A stretch of 64,000 bases of DNA from Saprospiraceae bacterium (GCA_045105695.1 JBGCDT010000055.1:16538-80537), one strand, 5' to 3'. Counted from the first letter of the stretch, positions 29,926 to 38,565 are shown. The notes: a model not told the origin generated them from the sequence alone. Made by a program: numbers and translations.

Positions 29926-29959
29926 GAGCTGATCAGATTTTTTAAAACCTGATCAGCTC
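29926..29959 (+). terminator. perfect 11-bp hairpin between ssb and gldE (terminator/attenuator)
   Basis: GAGCTGATCAG-12 nt-CTGATCAGCTC followed by TATTTTA, 17 nt after the ssb stop. Confidence 0.5.
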
Positions 29960-29983
29960 TATTTTATCATCTAAACCATCCTC

Positions 29984-31417
29984 TTGGAAAGCGATCCTGA
30001 TAGTTTATTCACCTTATTATCTTTTTTCGTTACTCCGCTTCTGTCCGTTTCTCCTGCGGGCATTTACTTCGCTTTATTTTTGATTATTCTTTTATTGGGG
30101 TGTTCTGCGTTGATCTCTAGCTCAGAGGTTGCATTCTTTTCTTTGAACGTAAACGATGTAAAAAAACTGGAGCAGGATAATTCAGTTATATCTAACAGAA
30201 TTTTGACTTTACGAGAACAGCCTCGGAAGTTGTTGGCAACAATTCTTATCAGTAATAATTTTATAAATATTGGAATCATTATTCTTTCAGAGTTTGTTTT
30301 GGGAGAAATTTTGAGTGATGCCATAAGACTTGAATGGGCTCGAAAGGTTCTATCTGTGCTGAGTTTACCCGCTTATTTTAGTGCAGAGATAATTGCGTTT
30401 TGGATTCATGTATTGTTAGCTATTGTGGCGGTCACTTTTTTGCTAGTTCTATTTGGTGAAGTTGCTCCAAAGGTTTACGCCAAATTGAATAAACTGAAAC
30501 TGGCTCGTATGATGTCCAGAGTACTTACATTATTGATGAGCTTTTTCACTCCTTTGAGTACACCTTTGGTTCGAGGGACTAATTTTATTGAGCGAAGGCT
30601 GGACAATAACAATGGAAGTAGTACCATTACTAGTCGCGAAGAGATAGATCAAGCTATTGAGTTAGCTGTAAAAGAAGATGAGACGAATACCGAGCAAGAA
30701 ATAGATATACTGAAGAGTATTGTGAAATTTGGGGATGTATCCGTTAAGCAGATTATGTGTTCAAGAGTAGATGTAGTAGCAATTGATTTTCGAATGGGAT
30801 TTCATGAGGTGATTCAACTGGCTCGGAAGTCAGGCTTCTCAAGGATTCCTGTATACGATGAAGACTTCGATAATATCATGGGTTTACTTTACGTAAAAGA
30901 CTTGTTAGGTCATTTAGAAGAAGCTAATGATTTTGAATGGCAGCCACTAATTCGTACTAATGTAATGTATGTCCCTGAAGCTAAAAAAATTAATGACTTA
31001 CTTCGGGAGTTTCAATTGGAACGATTGCATATGGGGATTGTAGTTGATGAATATGGAGGAAGCTCAGGTTTAGTCACGCTAGAAGATATTATGGAAGAGG
31101 TCATTGGAGAAATTAAAGATGAATTTGATGACGACTCTGAGTTAGAATACGAAAAATTGGATGACCACAACTACATCTTTGAGGGGAAAACTTTATTAAA
31201 TGATGTTTGTAGGATTATCGGTGTTGATACGGAAACTTTTGATGAGGTAAAAGGGGACGCTGACTCTGTTGCAGGGTTATTGTTAGAAATAGTTGGACAG
31301 ATTCCAAAAGCAAATGCGCGAGTAGAGTATAATGATTTTAATTTTAAAATCGTTTCAGTAAACCGACGAAGAATCGAACGAATACATATTAGCTTACCAG
31401 AAACGAACAATGAATAA
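29984..31417 (+). CDS. gldE: gliding motility-associated protein GldE (DUF21-CBS-CorC_HlyC family)
   Basis: DUF21 membrane domain, a CBS pair (VKQIMCSRVDVVAIDF...IPVYDEDFDNIMGLLYVKDL) and a CorC/HlyC C-terminus. It sits directly upstream of, and overlaps by 8 nt, a GldD-like lipoprotein gene, downstream of mutY-ssb. TTG start; there is no in-frame ATG near the N-terminus. Confidence 0.8.
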   Translation: MESDPDSLFTLLSFFVTPLLSVSPAGIYFALFLIILLLGCSALISSSEVAFFSLNVNDVKKLEQDNSVISNRILTLREQPRKLLATILISNNFINIGIIILSEFVLGEILSDAIRLEWARKVLSVLSLPAYFSAEIIAFWIHVLLAIVAVTFLLVLFGEVAPKVYAKLNKLKLARMMSRVLTLLMSFFTPLSTPLVRGTNFIERRLDNNNGSSTITSREEIDQAIELAVKEDETNTEQEIDILKSIVKFGDVSVKQIMCSRVDVVAIDFRMGFHEVIQLARKSGFSRIPVYDEDFDNIMGLLYVKDLLGHLEEANDFEWQPLIRTNVMYVPEAKKINDLLREFQLERLHMGIVVDEYGGSSGLVTLEDIMEEVIGEIKDEFDDDSELEYEKLDDHNYIFEGKTLLNDVCRIIGVDTETFDEVKGDADSVAGLLLEIVGQIPKANARVEYNDFNFKIVSVNRRRIERIHISLPETNNE

Positions 31418-32015
31418 AATTAAACCCTCGAATATTTTTGCCTTGCTTATTATTTGCCTACTATTTCAGGCCTGTGAAGAAACAGTTTATGTACCTAAGC
31501 CAAGAGGATATCCTAGGATAGTCTATCCAACTAAAGCTTACCAAAAATTTTCAGAAGATTATTGTGCTTTCACCTTTGAGTACCCTGCCTATGCTACTGT
31601 GGAACAGGATACAAGTTATTTCGATGGTCAGGCTAAAGATGATTGCTGGTTTGACATTAATATAGATCATTTCGCTGCTAAAGTGTATTGTAGTTACGTG
31701 TCAATTGGTAAGAATAATTCATTTGATAAATTACAAGACGATGCTTTTACAATGGCTAATGAGCACATTGTAAAGGCAAATTATATTGATGAAATTCCTT
31801 TGAATACTAAGAACGGAGTTAAGGGAATGGCCTTTGATTTGGAAGGCCCAGTTGCGTCTCCTTTTATGTTTTACTTAACGGATGAAGAAGATCATTTCCT
31901 AAGGGGATCATTATACTTTAACACTAAGGCAGACCCTGATTCATTGGCGCCAGTTATCAAATTTGTAAAAGAAGATTTGAGTCATATGATTTCTACCTTT
32001 AAATGGAATGAGTAG
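31410..32015 (+). CDS. gldD: gliding motility lipoprotein GldD
   Basis: Lipoprotein signal (LLIICLLFQAC) followed by VYVPKPRGYPRIVYP. About 200 aa, translationally coupled to gldE. Confidence 0.75.
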   Translation: MNKIKPSNIFALLIICLLFQACEETVYVPKPRGYPRIVYPTKAYQKFSEDYCAFTFEYPAYATVEQDTSYFDGQAKDDCWFDINIDHFAAKVYCSYVSIGKNNSFDKLQDDAFTMANEHIVKANYIDEIPLNTKNGVKGMAFDLEGPVASPFMFYLTDEEDHFLRGSLYFNTKADPDSLAPVIKFVKEDLSHMISTFKWNE

Positions 32016-32081
32016 TCATTGACATATCTACCTTATTGATTGAAGATTTTGAAACAGGAAGTTGCCTATACTGAAAAAAGA

Positions 32082-32112
32082 AAAAAGCCACCCGCGAGCG
32101 AGTGGCTTTTTT
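32082..32112. terminator. bidirectional intrinsic terminator between gldD (+) and recA (-)
   Basis: AAAAAGCCAC-ccgcgagcga-GTGGCTTTTT: a GC-rich stem flanked by A- and T-runs. Confidence 0.75.
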
Positions 32113-32138
32113 ATCATTAAAAGGCGTGTTAAAACAAT

Positions 32139-33227
32139 TTATTTTTTAGCTTTCTTCGCTGTTTTTTCATCAGCTACAGCTTCTCCTGCAGCGGATACTT
32201 CTGGTTCTTCTTCTTCAACAGCTGTTCCAGCGACAGCTAACTTGATGCGTTCTTCGATTTCGTTAGCTACTTCTGGGTTGTCTGCTAGGAACAACTTAGC
32301 AGCTTCTCGACCCTGAGCGATTTTAGAATCACTGTAGCTATACCAAGAACCACTCTTTTCGATGATGTCATAATCAACTCCCATGTCAACTATTTCTCCT
32401 GTTTTGGAAATACCCTCCCCGTACATAATATCAAAAAGTGCGATTCGGAATGGTGGAGCTAATTTGTTCTTTACTACCTTCACCTTAACGTGATTTCCAA
32501 CGACATTCCCTTCTTTGTCTTTTATTGCAGAACCACTCTTACGAATATCCAAACGAACAGAAGCGTAGAATTTCAGCGCGTTACCACCTGTGGTTGTTTC
32601 TGGGTTACCGAACATTACTCCAATCTTCTCACGGAGCTGGTTAATGAATACACAGCAGCAGCCCGTCTGACCAATGATACCAGTGAGTTTACGCATAGCT
32701 TGAGACATCAAACGTGCTTGGAGTCCCATCTTAGAATCTCCCATTTCTCCTTCGATTTCACTTCTTGGTACCAGTGCAGCAACAGAATCAATTACAATCA
32801 TATCTATTGCGCCAGAACGAATTAAGTTCTCTGCAATCTCCAGAGCTTGCTCACCATTGTCAGGTTGAGAGATCAGAAGGTTAGCTGTATCTACTCCAAG
32901 TGATTCAGCATAAAATCTATCGAATGCATGTTCTGCGTCAATGAAGGCAGCAATACCACCCTGCTTTTGACATTCTGCAATTGCATGAATTGCTAAAGTT
33001 GTTTTACCAGAAGACTCTGGTCCATATATTTCAACAACTCTTCCTTTAGGAAAACCCTGAATGCCTAAGGCAATGTCAAGACTGAGTGAACCGGAAGAGA
33101 TAGTTTCTGCTTCGACGACTTGTTTGTCACCTAGTTTCATTACGATGCCTTTCCCGTAGGATTTTTCTAAGCGATCGAGTGTCATTTTGAGTACTTTTTG
33201 TTTTTCCTCTTTTCTATCCTTTGCCAT
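32139..33227 (-). CDS. recA: recombinase RecA
   Basis: Walker A ([11 protein letters not shown]) and L1/L2 regions ([36 protein letters not shown]). Carries an extra acidic/lysine C-terminal tail. Confidence 0.95.
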   Translation of the reverse strand: MAKDRKEEKQKVLKMTLDRLEKSYGKGIVMKLGDKQVVEAETISSGSLSLDIALGIQGFPKGRVVEIYGPESSGKTTLAIHAIAECQKQGGIAAFIDAEHAFDRFYAESLGVDTANLLISQPDNGEQALEIAENLIRSGAIDMIVIDSVAALVPRSEIEGEMGDSKMGLQARLMSQAMRKLTGIIGQTGCCCVFINQLREKIGVMFGNPETTTGGNALKFYASVRLDIRKSGSAIKDKEGNVVGNHVKVKVVKNKLAPPFRIALFDIMYGEGISKTGEIVDMGVDYDIIEKSGSWYSYSDSKIAQGREAAKLFLADNPEVANEIEERIKLAVAGTAVEEEEPEVSAAGEAVADEKTAKKAKK

Positions 33228-33308
33228 AATGTTTAAGTTTAGCGGTTGTTAGATAATGTGAATAATGTGGCGTCTGTTAAATAAAACAACTTTTTTATTT
33301 TGATGACA

Positions 33309-33316
33309 CAAATATA
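33309..33316 (-). promoter_or_regulatory. candidate -7 promoter box for recA (TATATTTG on the - strand)
   Basis: The + strand reads CAAATATA, which is TAnnTTTG on the - strand, about 80 nt upstream of the recA ATG. Confidence 0.3.
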
Positions 33317-33594
33317 AACGATTTGTTTTTTAAAACAAATTATTTGTTCTTATTTTTTAATTTATTTTAAATTTTATGCGAATTTTAAATAACTAATATG
33401 GTTATTTTTTTGATTTGACTACTTACTGTACAGACATTTTTAGAATTATATGCTACAAGAGAATTTTTTTTGTTGGATAATTATTTTAGATGTCCATATA
33501 CTGTTTGGTGAAGATACAAACACATAATCAGAGCAAAAGGCTAGGGAGAAAAATTAATTTCTAAAAGAACATGTGCTCCTAAACTAAATAAAAA

Positions 33595-33625
33595 AGCCAT
33601 TTGCAGTGAAAAACTACAAATGGCT
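33595..33625 (-). terminator. intrinsic terminator of the TPR gene
   Basis: AGCCATTTGCAG-tgaaaaa-CTACAAATGGCT forms a 12-bp stem with one mismatch. On the - strand it is followed by TTTTTTATTT, about 35 nt after the stop at 33659. Confidence 0.7.
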
Positions 33626-33658
33626 TTTATGTTCAAAAAGAACTATTTACTGAGAATG

Positions 33659-34699
33659 TTATTTCTTCAGGGCTTTCAACAAAGCAACAGCTTCTTTTGA
33701 GCCAAGCTTGGATGCTTCTTCCAGCCCTTTTCTGTAACCTCTCTTACCTGCTCTATGCAGTGCGAGGCTTCTATAGTAGACTTTATCTGCTTGTGAAATC
33801 TTATCATTACCTTCTTGTAAAGCGAGTACTTGATCAAATGCTGCAACGGCTTCTTCATATTGCTCTAACTCAATCAAGGTCTTTCCATAAAAGAACCAAA
33901 CTGACCTTCTCCAGATAAAGTTAGGATTATCTGGTTTGAACTTTCTATTACAGAAAAATTTAAAATCAGGAGCAGCCTCCTTGAACTGGCCATGTTCAAA
34001 ATGAGTCATTCCTTTCTGACGACGCGCTTTCCAATAAATTGGTTCTAAAGGAATAGATGTTTTCACCGCAGAGGCAAAATCTAAAAGTGCACCTTCCCAA
34101 TCTCCCATTTTCAATTTTACATTGGCACGCCCATAGAAAGGCTCTGGATTGCTATTCGCTAATTCGATGCTTTTAGAGTAATCGTAAATAGCATCTTTAT
34201 AATTTTTCATGATGAAATTGACATGGCCACGTCTTTCATACGCTTGAGCATGACGCTCATATTTGTCAATCGCTCTATTGAGTGCTTTCATTGCCTCCCC
34301 TTCCATTCCTTTCGAATTGCTTAACTCTCTTCCTTTTAGAAAGGCTTGAACAGCAGTTCGCTCGCTCTTAGGTTCAACGATTCCATGACGTAGGATTTTA
34401 CCTTCGTCTGTCATCCATCCACCAAGGTTACCAGAAACAGCAAACTGAGCAACATACTCTAGAATGTCCATGGTATTACGCCAGCTTTTTTCAGAACCCT
34501 GAGGAATCACAGTTCTGGCTACGCGGAGTGATGAAGTCTCTTCGTCGAATATGTCTTCTTCTTCGAGAAGAACATCAGATTTGTAGTAGTTCTCCAATCG
34601 ATGCTGATACATTTTGAGCACCTTGTCATAGCTTTTGGAACTACCAAATTCTAGACGTCCTTTGAAGATTGATTTGTAAACCATTTTGTAATAAGTCAT
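33659..34699 (-). CDS. tetratricopeptide-repeat protein with a unique ~110-aa N-terminal domain
   Basis: C-terminal TPR units (AQAYERRGHVNFIMKNYKDAIYDYSKSIEL, PFYGRANVKLKMGDWEGALLDF, etc.). No signal peptide. Confidence 0.7.
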   Translation of the reverse strand: MTYYKMVYKSIFKGRLEFGSSKSYDKVLKMYQHRLENYYKSDVLLEEEDIFDEETSSLRVARTVIPQGSEKSWRNTMDILEYVAQFAVSGNLGGWMTDEGKILRHGIVEPKSERTAVQAFLKGRELSNSKGMEGEAMKALNRAIDKYERHAQAYERRGHVNFIMKNYKDAIYDYSKSIELANSNPEPFYGRANVKLKMGDWEGALLDFASAVKTSIPLEPIYWKARRQKGMTHFEHGQFKEAAPDFKFFCNRKFKPDNPNFIWRRSVWFFYGKTLIELEQYEEAVAAFDQVLALQEGNDKISQADKVYYRSLALHRAGKRGYRKGLEEASKLGSKEAVALLKALKK

Positions 34700-35145
34700 C
34701 TTGTGGCTGCTTTAAAGGGATTTAAAAATCCAGTGAGATAGCAGCTGGGCTGCAGTTAAAAATAATAATTAATTCTTCTCGACTGGGTGCAGCTACTCTA
34801 TTTTAAAATAAAGATTTCTCTATGGCAAGTGTTTACAAGTGTAGTTGTTCCTCCTGTAGTATCGCATAAAGTTGAAGCCAAAATTGTTTAACAATTTGGC
34901 GCCACACGCAGTTCTCTCATAGTCAATTTCGAAAAGGCTTACATCCAAAGCCTAGTTGATGGGATTTCTCTATTTGAAATAGAAAATAAACGAATAACAA
35001 AAATCGCTAATTTTTCTGGGAAAATCAACATTTTTCAACTAAGAAAATAAAAATACCCTAAATTTTATTTTTAATATACAATAAAATTGTTATACAAATA
35101 CACTTAGTTAATTGATTTTATGTTTAAAACACTGATAGTCAAATA

Positions 35146-36171
35146 TCAGTACCAAACTTTACAACCTTCAGTGCAATTAGTACAAATATCAATTTTATCT
35201 CTTCCTTGTAGTAATTTCGTCCTGAATTGATGAAATAATTGCCCGTGCCATAGTGCTTTGAAAGATTGTTTTTTCAAATCTCCCAAACGATGAATAGCAT
35301 CTTTATCAAAACAGCAGGGAACCACTAATCCATCCCAGGTGATTACGCAAGAGTGCCATAACTTCCAGCATTGGTTTAATAGTTCATTTTTTACAGCGTA
35401 GGTTCCGTCGTCCTGCTTCTTGTAGCGAGCGTATTTTTCGATAGTGGGAATGAGAGGGTTGCCATTTTCGTAATCGTAAACCTGAGCAGTTTTGAGTTTT
35501 ACTTCATCTATACCGATCTCGTTGGCAAGTGCATAGATTTCTTCAATTTGATGTTCATTAGGACGAACTACCAGAAATTGAAAAATCAGATGCGGCGTAT
35601 TAGAATTCATTTTCTTTTTCCACTTTACTACATTTCTAGCGCCTTCCAACACCATGTCTAGCTTACCACCAATGCGATAATTTTCATAAGTCTCCTGAGT
35701 TGTTCCGTCTACGGAAATAATCATTCGATCTAAGCCGGACTCAATTGTCTTTTTTGCATTTTCATTATTTAGAAAATGGCCATTAGTAGAAGTGATGGTA
35801 TATATTCCTTTGTCATGGGCGTAGCGAACCATGTCCAAAAACTTAGGATTGATATAAGGCTCTCCCTGAAAGTAGAAAATCAGGTACATCAACTCTCTGT
35901 ATAATTCGTTAATCGTCTTTCTAAAGAAGTCTTCTTTTAGGTTGCCGGTTGGTCGGGAGAACGAGCGCAATCCACTTGGACACTCAGGGCAGCGCAAATT
36001 ACAGGCTGTAGTGGGTTCTATAGAAATGGTAATAGGCGTTCCCCATTGAATGGGTCGCCCCAACCACCTAGTGAGATAGAAGGATGACAATACTTTTGCC
36101 GCATTCCAAATACGAGCGGGTCTTTGCTTAAGCAAGAAATTCAGGGTGTCCCTAAAATAGAATTTAGACAT
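35146..36171 (-). CDS. radical SAM / SPASM domain protein
   Basis: CxxxCxxC cluster (TTACNLRCPECPSG), GGEP-like FQGEPYI, and a C-terminal Cys-rich SPASM-like region (CWKLWHSCVITWDGLVVPCCFD...ICTNCTEGC). The ATG at 36171 (MSKFYFRD...) is preferred over the GTG-extended ORF ending at 36330. Confidence 0.75.
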   Translation of the reverse strand: MSKFYFRDTLNFLLKQRPARIWNAAKVLSSFYLTRWLGRPIQWGTPITISIEPTTACNLRCPECPSGLRSFSRPTGNLKEDFFRKTINELYRELMYLIFYFQGEPYINPKFLDMVRYAHDKGIYTITSTNGHFLNNENAKKTIESGLDRMIISVDGTTQETYENYRIGGKLDMVLEGARNVVKWKKKMNSNTPHLIFQFLVVRPNEHQIEEIYALANEIGIDEVKLKTAQVYDYENGNPLIPTIEKYARYKKQDDGTYAVKNELLNQCWKLWHSCVITWDGLVVPCCFDKDAIHRLGDLKKQSFKALWHGQLFHQFRTKLLQGRDKIDICTNCTEGCKVWY

Positions 36172-36443
36172 GTTGCAAAAGTACGTAAACCGACTAAGGA
36201 GAGATTCATTTAATACAATTGATTTTGTCTTCTCAAAGAAAAGTGGACTGTTTATACTTTTAAAAAATTGTTTATTACAATTAAATCGTTTTGAAAAAAT
36301 ACCGGAAACAGAGCATTGTTCAAAGGCCACAAACTATGTAATTTTATGGCCTATTCGAGAAGACACATCAACTTTAGAAGATCTCACCTCTCTACTTTCA
36401 CCTACTTGTACGATACTAACAAAATAACATAAGTCAATCTACA

Positions 36444-36451
36444 TATATTTG
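36444..36451 (+). promoter_or_regulatory. -7 promoter box TATATTTG upstream of the tandem pth genes
   Basis: Exact TAnnTTTG match about 100 nt upstream of the first pth ATG. I found no clear -33 TTTG. Confidence 0.35.
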
Positions 36452-36477
36452 ACTCAACGATATACTTCTGACCAGAT

Positions 36478-36518
36478 AAGGGAGCTGAGTGGTAACACCA
36501 GTTCCTTTGTCGTTTTTT
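36478..36518 (+). terminator. terminator-like hairpin plus T-tract inside the pth leader (possible attenuator or short RNA 3' end)
   Basis: Hand fold: 36478-36487 pairs with 36499-36508 (10 bp, 2 G:U), A88 bulges, 36489-36491 pairs with 36496-36498, and the loop is GTAA. It is followed by TTTGTCGTTTTTT and lies 35 nt before the pth ATG. Confidence 0.35.
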
Positions 36519-36552
36519 ATCCATCCTCTTCAAAAATCACTAATTTCGCCTC

Positions 36553-37179
36553 ATGATAAATTGGTTGAAAAAAATTTTCTCTTCTAAGACACCACTTCCC
36601 GAAGTAGAACATGATCCTAAAAAGTATCTAATCGCTGGATTGGGTAACATTGGAGGGGACTACGAAAACACTCGACACAACATTGGCTTCGATGTACTTG
36701 ATAAAATAGCGGAGGATAATCATTTGACATTTGAAAGTCATGGTCATGCGTTTTACACAAAATTGAAAATAGAAGATTACACGTTCATCTTGATAAAGCC
36801 AACTACCTTTATGAATAGAAGTGGAAAGGCTGTTAGCTATTGGATGGAAAAACAAAAAGTTGAGAAGGAAAACCTACTAGTTATCATTGATGATTTGAAT
36901 ATCAACTTCGGAAGATTGCGAATGAGAGGTAAAGGTTCTGATGGAGGACACAATGGCTTGAAAGATATCAACGCGACTCTAGCATCTAAAGAATATGCTC
37001 GCTTGCGTTTTGGAATTGGGGACGAATTTGGGAAAGGCCAACAAGTGAATTATGTACTCGGTCAATGGTCCGTTGAAGAACAAATGAAGTTGCCGGAGCT
37101 ATTGGATCGAGCCGCTAAAATGGTTATCAGCTTTGGTAAAGATGGCATTGGAAAAACGATGTCTACTTTTAATAATTGA
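36553..37179 (+). CDS. pth: peptidyl-tRNA hydrolase, paralog 1 (23-aa N-terminal extension, GLGNIG variant)
   Basis: Pth signature residues are present: GLGNIG, TRHNIGF (catalytic His), TFMNRSG, IDDLN (Asp), GGHNGLKD. Confidence 0.8.
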   Translation: MINWLKKIFSSKTPLPEVEHDPKKYLIAGLGNIGGDYENTRHNIGFDVLDKIAEDNHLTFESHGHAFYTKLKIEDYTFILIKPTTFMNRSGKAVSYWMEKQKVEKENLLVIIDDLNINFGRLRMRGKGSDGGHNGLKDINATLASKEYARLRFGIGDEFGKGQQVNYVLGQWSVEEQMKLPELLDRAAKMVISFGKDGIGKTMSTFNN

Positions 37180-37196
37180 TTTACAACTAGCTTTAA

Positions 37197-37760
37197 ATGA
37201 AATACCTAATCGTTGGCCTTGGAAATCCAGGATCAGAATATGACAATACCCGTCACAACGTTGGTTTTGATGTAATTGATTTGTTAGCAAATGAAAAAGA
37301 CCTCCTTTTTAAAGAAGGAGGTAATGGTTTAACAACAACCTATAAACATAAAGGAAGAACCTTAATCTTGCTGAAGCCTACCACCTTTATGAATCTCAGC
37401 GGAAAGGCAGTGAACTACTGGCTGCAAAAAGAAAAAATCAAAAGAGAAAACCTATTAGTCATATTGGATGACCTAAACCTTCCTTTCGGAACCGTTCGGC
37501 TATTTGGAAAAGGATCAGACGGAGGACACAATGGCTTGAAAGATATTGACAAAGTATTAGGGACCAATAAATACGCGCGCATTCGTTTTGGAATTGGAAA
37601 TCCAGAACAAAAAGGTCAGCACGTAAATCATGTCTTAGGCGAATGGTCGGAAGAACAGCAGGAGCAATTACCAAAGTTGCTGAAAAGAGCAGCGGGTATT
37701 GCAAAGAGTTTTGGGACGATAGGTTTGGCGTTTACAATGAAGCAGTTTAATAAGAAGTGA
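37197..37760 (+). CDS. pth: peptidyl-tRNA hydrolase, paralog 2 (canonical)
   Basis: MKYLIVGLGNPGSEYDNTRHNVGF, TFMNLSG, LDDLN, GGHNGLKD. The length (187 aa) is canonical. Confidence 0.9.
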   Translation: MKYLIVGLGNPGSEYDNTRHNVGFDVIDLLANEKDLLFKEGGNGLTTTYKHKGRTLILLKPTTFMNLSGKAVNYWLQKEKIKRENLLVILDDLNLPFGTVRLFGKGSDGGHNGLKDIDKVLGTNKYARIRFGIGNPEQKGQHVNHVLGEWSEEQQEQLPKLLKRAAGIAKSFGTIGLAFTMKQFNKK

Positions 37761-37835
37761 TTCTAATAGCTATAAATTTAAATCGTTCATCGAAAATAAA
37801 AGAAGCTTGGAAATGAATGCTATATTTTGTTAGCT

Positions 37836-38483
37836 ATGAAAACCATCGTTTCCTTGTTAATAAAATCAGTACTGTTATTAATCTTACCATTCATTTTTCT
37901 TATCCGAGGAGCGGTGTTTCTGCACGACCATTATCAGTCTGCTCCCTGGCTCGCTATATTCGGAGCCACTTTTCTAACAATAGTCTTACTGATTATATAC
38001 CTCACTATTTTCTATGGAAAAATGACCGGTCGAATGGGAACGAGTTCCGTATTTAAAAGAAGAATATTTCTTACAGTAATTTTAGTCCTCGGTTTCAGTT
38101 TGAACGGATTATTTTTTATGTCGAATAAAAATGCAAAGCACAATGATGTTCAAAAGGAATTCACCAGCCTTCACCCAATTCTACGATTAAGTATCAGTAC
38201 TATTTTATTTCTAGATAAAGACCTGATTGTTACAGATGCAAAGCGACATCCGGAAGATTACAAAAAAATGGGTTTGCGATCAAAGAAACATTCGCTGCAT
38301 TATCCACAAAGCAATGGCTATGTACACGCTGTAGATATTCGCACAAATGGAAGGTCAGACATGCGTAATTTTTTGTTGAAGCTGTACTTCAAAGGAATGG
38401 GGTTGAATACTTTGCGGCATGTAGGAATTGATGATCACTTGCATGTTTCGTTGGGGAGTTTTGATCGAAGAGGGGCGATATAA
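37836..38483 (+). CDS. membrane protein with a C-terminal domain carrying a LAS/M15-like metal motif (function unknown)
   Basis: Three or four N-terminal TM helices. The C-terminus has HSLHYPQSNGYVHAVDI ... DDHLHVSL, resembling the H..D / HxH zinc ligands of LAS-type peptidases. ATG at 37836 is in frame with the TTG at 37827. Confidence 0.4.
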   Translation: MKTIVSLLIKSVLLLILPFIFLIRGAVFLHDHYQSAPWLAIFGATFLTIVLLIIYLTIFYGKMTGRMGTSSVFKRRIFLTVILVLGFSLNGLFFMSNKNAKHNDVQKEFTSLHPILRLSISTILFLDKDLIVTDAKRHPEDYKKMGLRSKKHSLHYPQSNGYVHAVDIRTNGRSDMRNFLLKLYFKGMGLNTLRHVGIDDHLHVSLGSFDRRGAI

Positions 38484-38565
38484 GCTGTTAAATAAATTTA
38501 GAATCACTTTTGCTATCTTTGAAGGGAACAACAAATTGTAGTGACCAACAAACCAAAGTGAAAAA

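Noticed and set aside
32062-32316. 84-aa + strand ORF
   Set aside because: It runs across the bidirectional terminator and antisense to the recA 3' end. Its Ala/Ser-rich translation mirrors the recA tail.
34822-34869. 15-codon Cys-rich micro-ORF (MASVYKCSCSSCSIA) near the radical SAM/SPASM gene, considered as a RiPP precursor
   Set aside because: It lies on the opposite strand, convergent with and about 275 bp beyond the enzyme's 3' end. It is too short to hold a leader plus core, and I see no upstream ribosome-binding or promoter signal. It is most likely chance, but trivial to re-check by conservation.
36172-36330. 53-codon GTG extension of the radical SAM ORF
   Set aside because: The extension (MAFEQCSVSGIFSKRF...) has no radical SAM features. 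The internal ATG at 36171 gives a protein whose CxxxCxxC lies at the usual distance from the N-terminus. This is not proven; it needs ortholog alignment.
36553-37760. Tandem pth as an assembly duplication artefact
   Set aside because: The copies are only about 55-60% identical at the protein level and differ in length and N-terminus, so a collapsed or duplicated read artefact cannot produce them.
38300-38308. TTATCCACA DnaA-box consensus
   Set aside because: It is a single isolated copy inside a coding region, with no cluster, no AT-rich unwinding element and no dnaA/dnaN nearby.
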